64,000 bases of DNA from contig CAWFFN010000012.1 of the NCBI GenBank assembly GCA_963815115.1, positions 512,001 through 576,000 on the forward strand, read 5' to 3'. Positions 62,175 to 64,000 of the stretch are shown piece by piece (position 1 is the first letter of the stretch; each line of letters opens with the position of its first letter). The translations under genes and the position numbers were made by a program. This DNA comes from an uncultured delta proteobacterium. Lineage in GTDB: Bacteria > Desulfobacterota > Binatia > DP-6. The notes below the pieces were generated by a model. That model saw only the letters and a program-made list of their open reading frames with translations. It searched no databases and had not been told where the DNA came from.

Positions 62175-63686
62175 TCACCGTGCCGACGCGAACAGCCACC
62201 GCCCGTTCACCTGCCGCAGCGTCTTCGTCAGCCGCACCGACACGTGCCCGGGGCGCCCGGTCTGCACGTCGACGAAGTCGTCCGTGCGGGTGTAGCTCAC
62301 CACGGCCTCCTCGCCGACGACGGCGGCCTCCACGTGATCGATAGCGATCCGGAGGTCGCGCACGCCGGCGAAGTAGCGTTCGAGGGCGGCGTGCTGCGCG
62401 GGGGAGAACGAGGTGTACATGGTGGCGAGCGCGTCGACGTCGTGCGCCTCGGTGGCGCGTCGGTACTGATCCAGGAACACGGTGATCTCGCGCACCGTGT
62501 CATCGGCGCGGGCCTCGCCAGGCTCGAGAAGGTCGCGGAGCCAGGAGTGCCCATCGTCGGTTCCCCCGGTCGGCGCCACGGGTGGTGACGGCGGCTCCGA
62601 TTCCCCCTCGACGTCGAGGAGGCGCTTGAGCGCTTCGAGGTCACTTGCCCGGCGGGCGGCGAGCCGGCGCTCCTCGTCCGCCGAGAGGCTGATGGGCAGG
62701 GAGGCGATCACGCCGAGGACGAGGTCGTTCTCGAGCCTCAGGAAGTCTTGCGTCCGGCCGCTCTCGACGTGGGCCCCGTCGAGGATCCCCGTGACCACGT
62801 CCACGACCCGGGCTTCGACCCGCACCGTGTCGCCCACCATCACCACCGAACCACTCACCATCTTCCCGATACCGAGGCGCTGCGCGACCTCGATCGCGCT
62901 CAGGTTCTCCCGGGTCATCACGAAATCCATGAACTCGTCCGAGAACACGCGCACGCCCGAGAGCTCCGTCAGCTGCGTGTTGAGCCCGTCTCGCAGGGCA
63001 GGTCCGATCCAGGCGCTCCCCTGATCTGCCCCCGACGACCGGAACGGACCTACGCCGATCGTCAGGTTGCGCCCCTCGGGACCCCGCGGCGCGCGATGCG
63101 TTACGATCCAAGCGATGGCGCCTGTCCCGCCGACGGCCGCGGCGCCCGCCAGGAGCGCCACCATCCGGCGCCGGGCAAGCACCGGTGGCGACCACTGCGG
63201 GACGACCAGGTGCACGCCTTGTTGAATTCCCGCCAGCTCGATGGTGTCGAGATGCTCGAAGATCGCGTCGCGAAGGTGACCGATGACGGGAAGCGCGTCC
63301 CCGGTGACGGCGGTGGTCCCCGGGCGGGCGACCCGCGCCAGTGCCGTGGCTCGATCGATCGCCGCCAGGGTGGCCGTACCTTCCGCGGTCATCTCGAGGT
63401 CGGCGACGTCCACCCCGGCCCGCCACCGAACCGCCGCCTTCACGCTCATGACGTGCAGGTGGAGCCCGGTCGCAGCGGTCACCGCCTGCGTCGGCTCATC
63501 GAATACCGCCACCACCGCGTTCGCTGCGAGGGCCTCGGCATCTCCGCCGGCGATGCGAAGGAACTGCACCGCATCGGCCACGACGTTCGGCGCCTCCGCA
63601 GCGGCCGGTGGCGCCGCCGCCTCGTGCTCGGCGACCAGGACGGCGCCCACGCGCCGCACGAACCGCCGGTCGTCGGCCTCGGCCAT
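62175..63686 (-). CDS. Membrane protein: degenerate class III cyclase-like domain, TM helix, TolB-N/CsgG-like domain, NTF2/SnoaL-like C-terminus
   Basis: NAVVAVFDEPTQAVTAA..LH...WRAGVDVAD...AIDRATALA.VARPG (cyclase-like, catalytic Asp not evident); IGVGPF...LTELSGVRV...SGSV...VRVEARVVDV.TG; YRRATEAHDVDAL...LRQVNGRWLF. Confidence 0.7.
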   Translation of the reverse strand: MAEADDRRFVRRVGAVLVAEHEAAAPPAAAEAPNVVADAVQFLRIAGGDAEALAANAVVAVFDEPTQAVTAATGLHLHVMSVKAAVRWRAGVDVADLEMTAEGTATLAAIDRATALARVARPGTTAVTGDALPVIGHLRDAIFEHLDTIELAGIQQGVHLVVPQWSPPVLARRRMVALLAGAAAVGGTGAIAWIVTHRAPRGPEGRNLTIGVGPFRSSGADQGSAWIGPALRDGLNTQLTELSGVRVFSDEFMDFVMTRENLSAIEVAQRLGIGKMVSGSVVMVGDTVRVEARVVDVVTGILDGAHVESGRTQDFLRLENDLVLGVIASLPISLSADEERRLAARRASDLEALKRLLDVEGESEPPSPPVAPTGGTDDGHSWLRDLLEPGEARADDTVREITVFLDQYRRATEAHDVDALATMYTSFSPAQHAALERYFAGVRDLRIAIDHVEAAVVGEEAVVSYTRTDDFVDVQTGRPGHVSVRLTKTLRQVNGRWLFASAR

Positions 63687-63687
63687 T

Positions 63688-64000
63688 CTACCGGGCCGGG
63701 TGGCTGGGCTCCGGTGCGGGATTCGCGGCGCCGTCAGGACGGTAGGTGCAGTAGTAGCCCGTGGTCACGGTGGCCGCGAGGTGCTCGCCGAGCGACGGGT
63801 GGTGCTTGGCAATCTGTGTCATTGCCGACCGGATGCGGCGCGTGATCGCGACTCGCTCGCGCTCGACGTCGGCCGAGACCCGCCGCACGCGACCAGCGGG
63901 TCCCACGGCCGCCTGCAGCTCGTCGACGAGCAGGTCGAGCTCGGAGCGGAGGGTCTCGGCGCGGCCGAGGTCGTTGCGCTGCTCCGCGTCCTCCAGCTCC
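63688..64000 (-). CDS. C-terminal part of a putative transcriptional regulator (partial, runs off the right edge)
   Basis: ELEDAEQRNDLGRAETLRSELDLLVDEL..AVG..GRVRR...VERERVAITRRIRSA...I...HPSLGEHL..TVTTGYYCTYRP, the C-terminal domain seen on AAA/TPR-type regulators. Confidence 0.75.
   Translation of the reverse strand, partial: ELEDAEQRNDLGRAETLRSELDLLVDELQAAVGPAGRVRRVSADVERERVAITRRIRSAMTQIAKHHPSLGEHLAATVTTGYYCTYRPDGAANPAPEPSHPAR

Overview
A 64-kb, very GC-rich bacterial window. The gene style (many secreted Cys/Thr-rich proteins, amidohydrolases, DUF3604) suggests an uncultured deltaproteobacterium-like lineage such as Candidatus Binatia; this is inference only. In order, it contains: a large secreted protein with a ~790-bp internal duplication that runs off the left edge; an AddB/AddA helicase-nuclease pair split by two small genes; a redox/stress block (GST, DUF427, BCP peroxiredoxin, DUF1328, CHASE3 hybrid kinase, SOD); a long minus-strand glycogen-to-pentose-phosphate cluster (HAD, tkt, xfp remnant, pgm, glgP, rpiA ... 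gnd, zwf, tal, pgi) interrupted by ~5 kb of accessory genes; a comA-comB-GT4-ATP-grasp-SDR run converging on a flippase and a GT-C membrane glycosyltransferase; and an accessory region bracketed by MNT-HEPN and Phd-RelE toxin-antitoxin pairs. That region carries secreted proteins, three of which share an upstream ATGTTCCC-N5-YGTCAC tandem motif. Several genes have single-base frameshifts (btuF-like, pgm, haloperoxidase, NHL protein) that may be sequencing errors or real decay. I saw no rRNA, tRNA, CRISPR array, integrase or transposase. The best candidates for novelty are a possible sulfolactate-decorated glycan pathway and the direct-repeat regulon next to a regulator/pseudo-cyclase gene pair.
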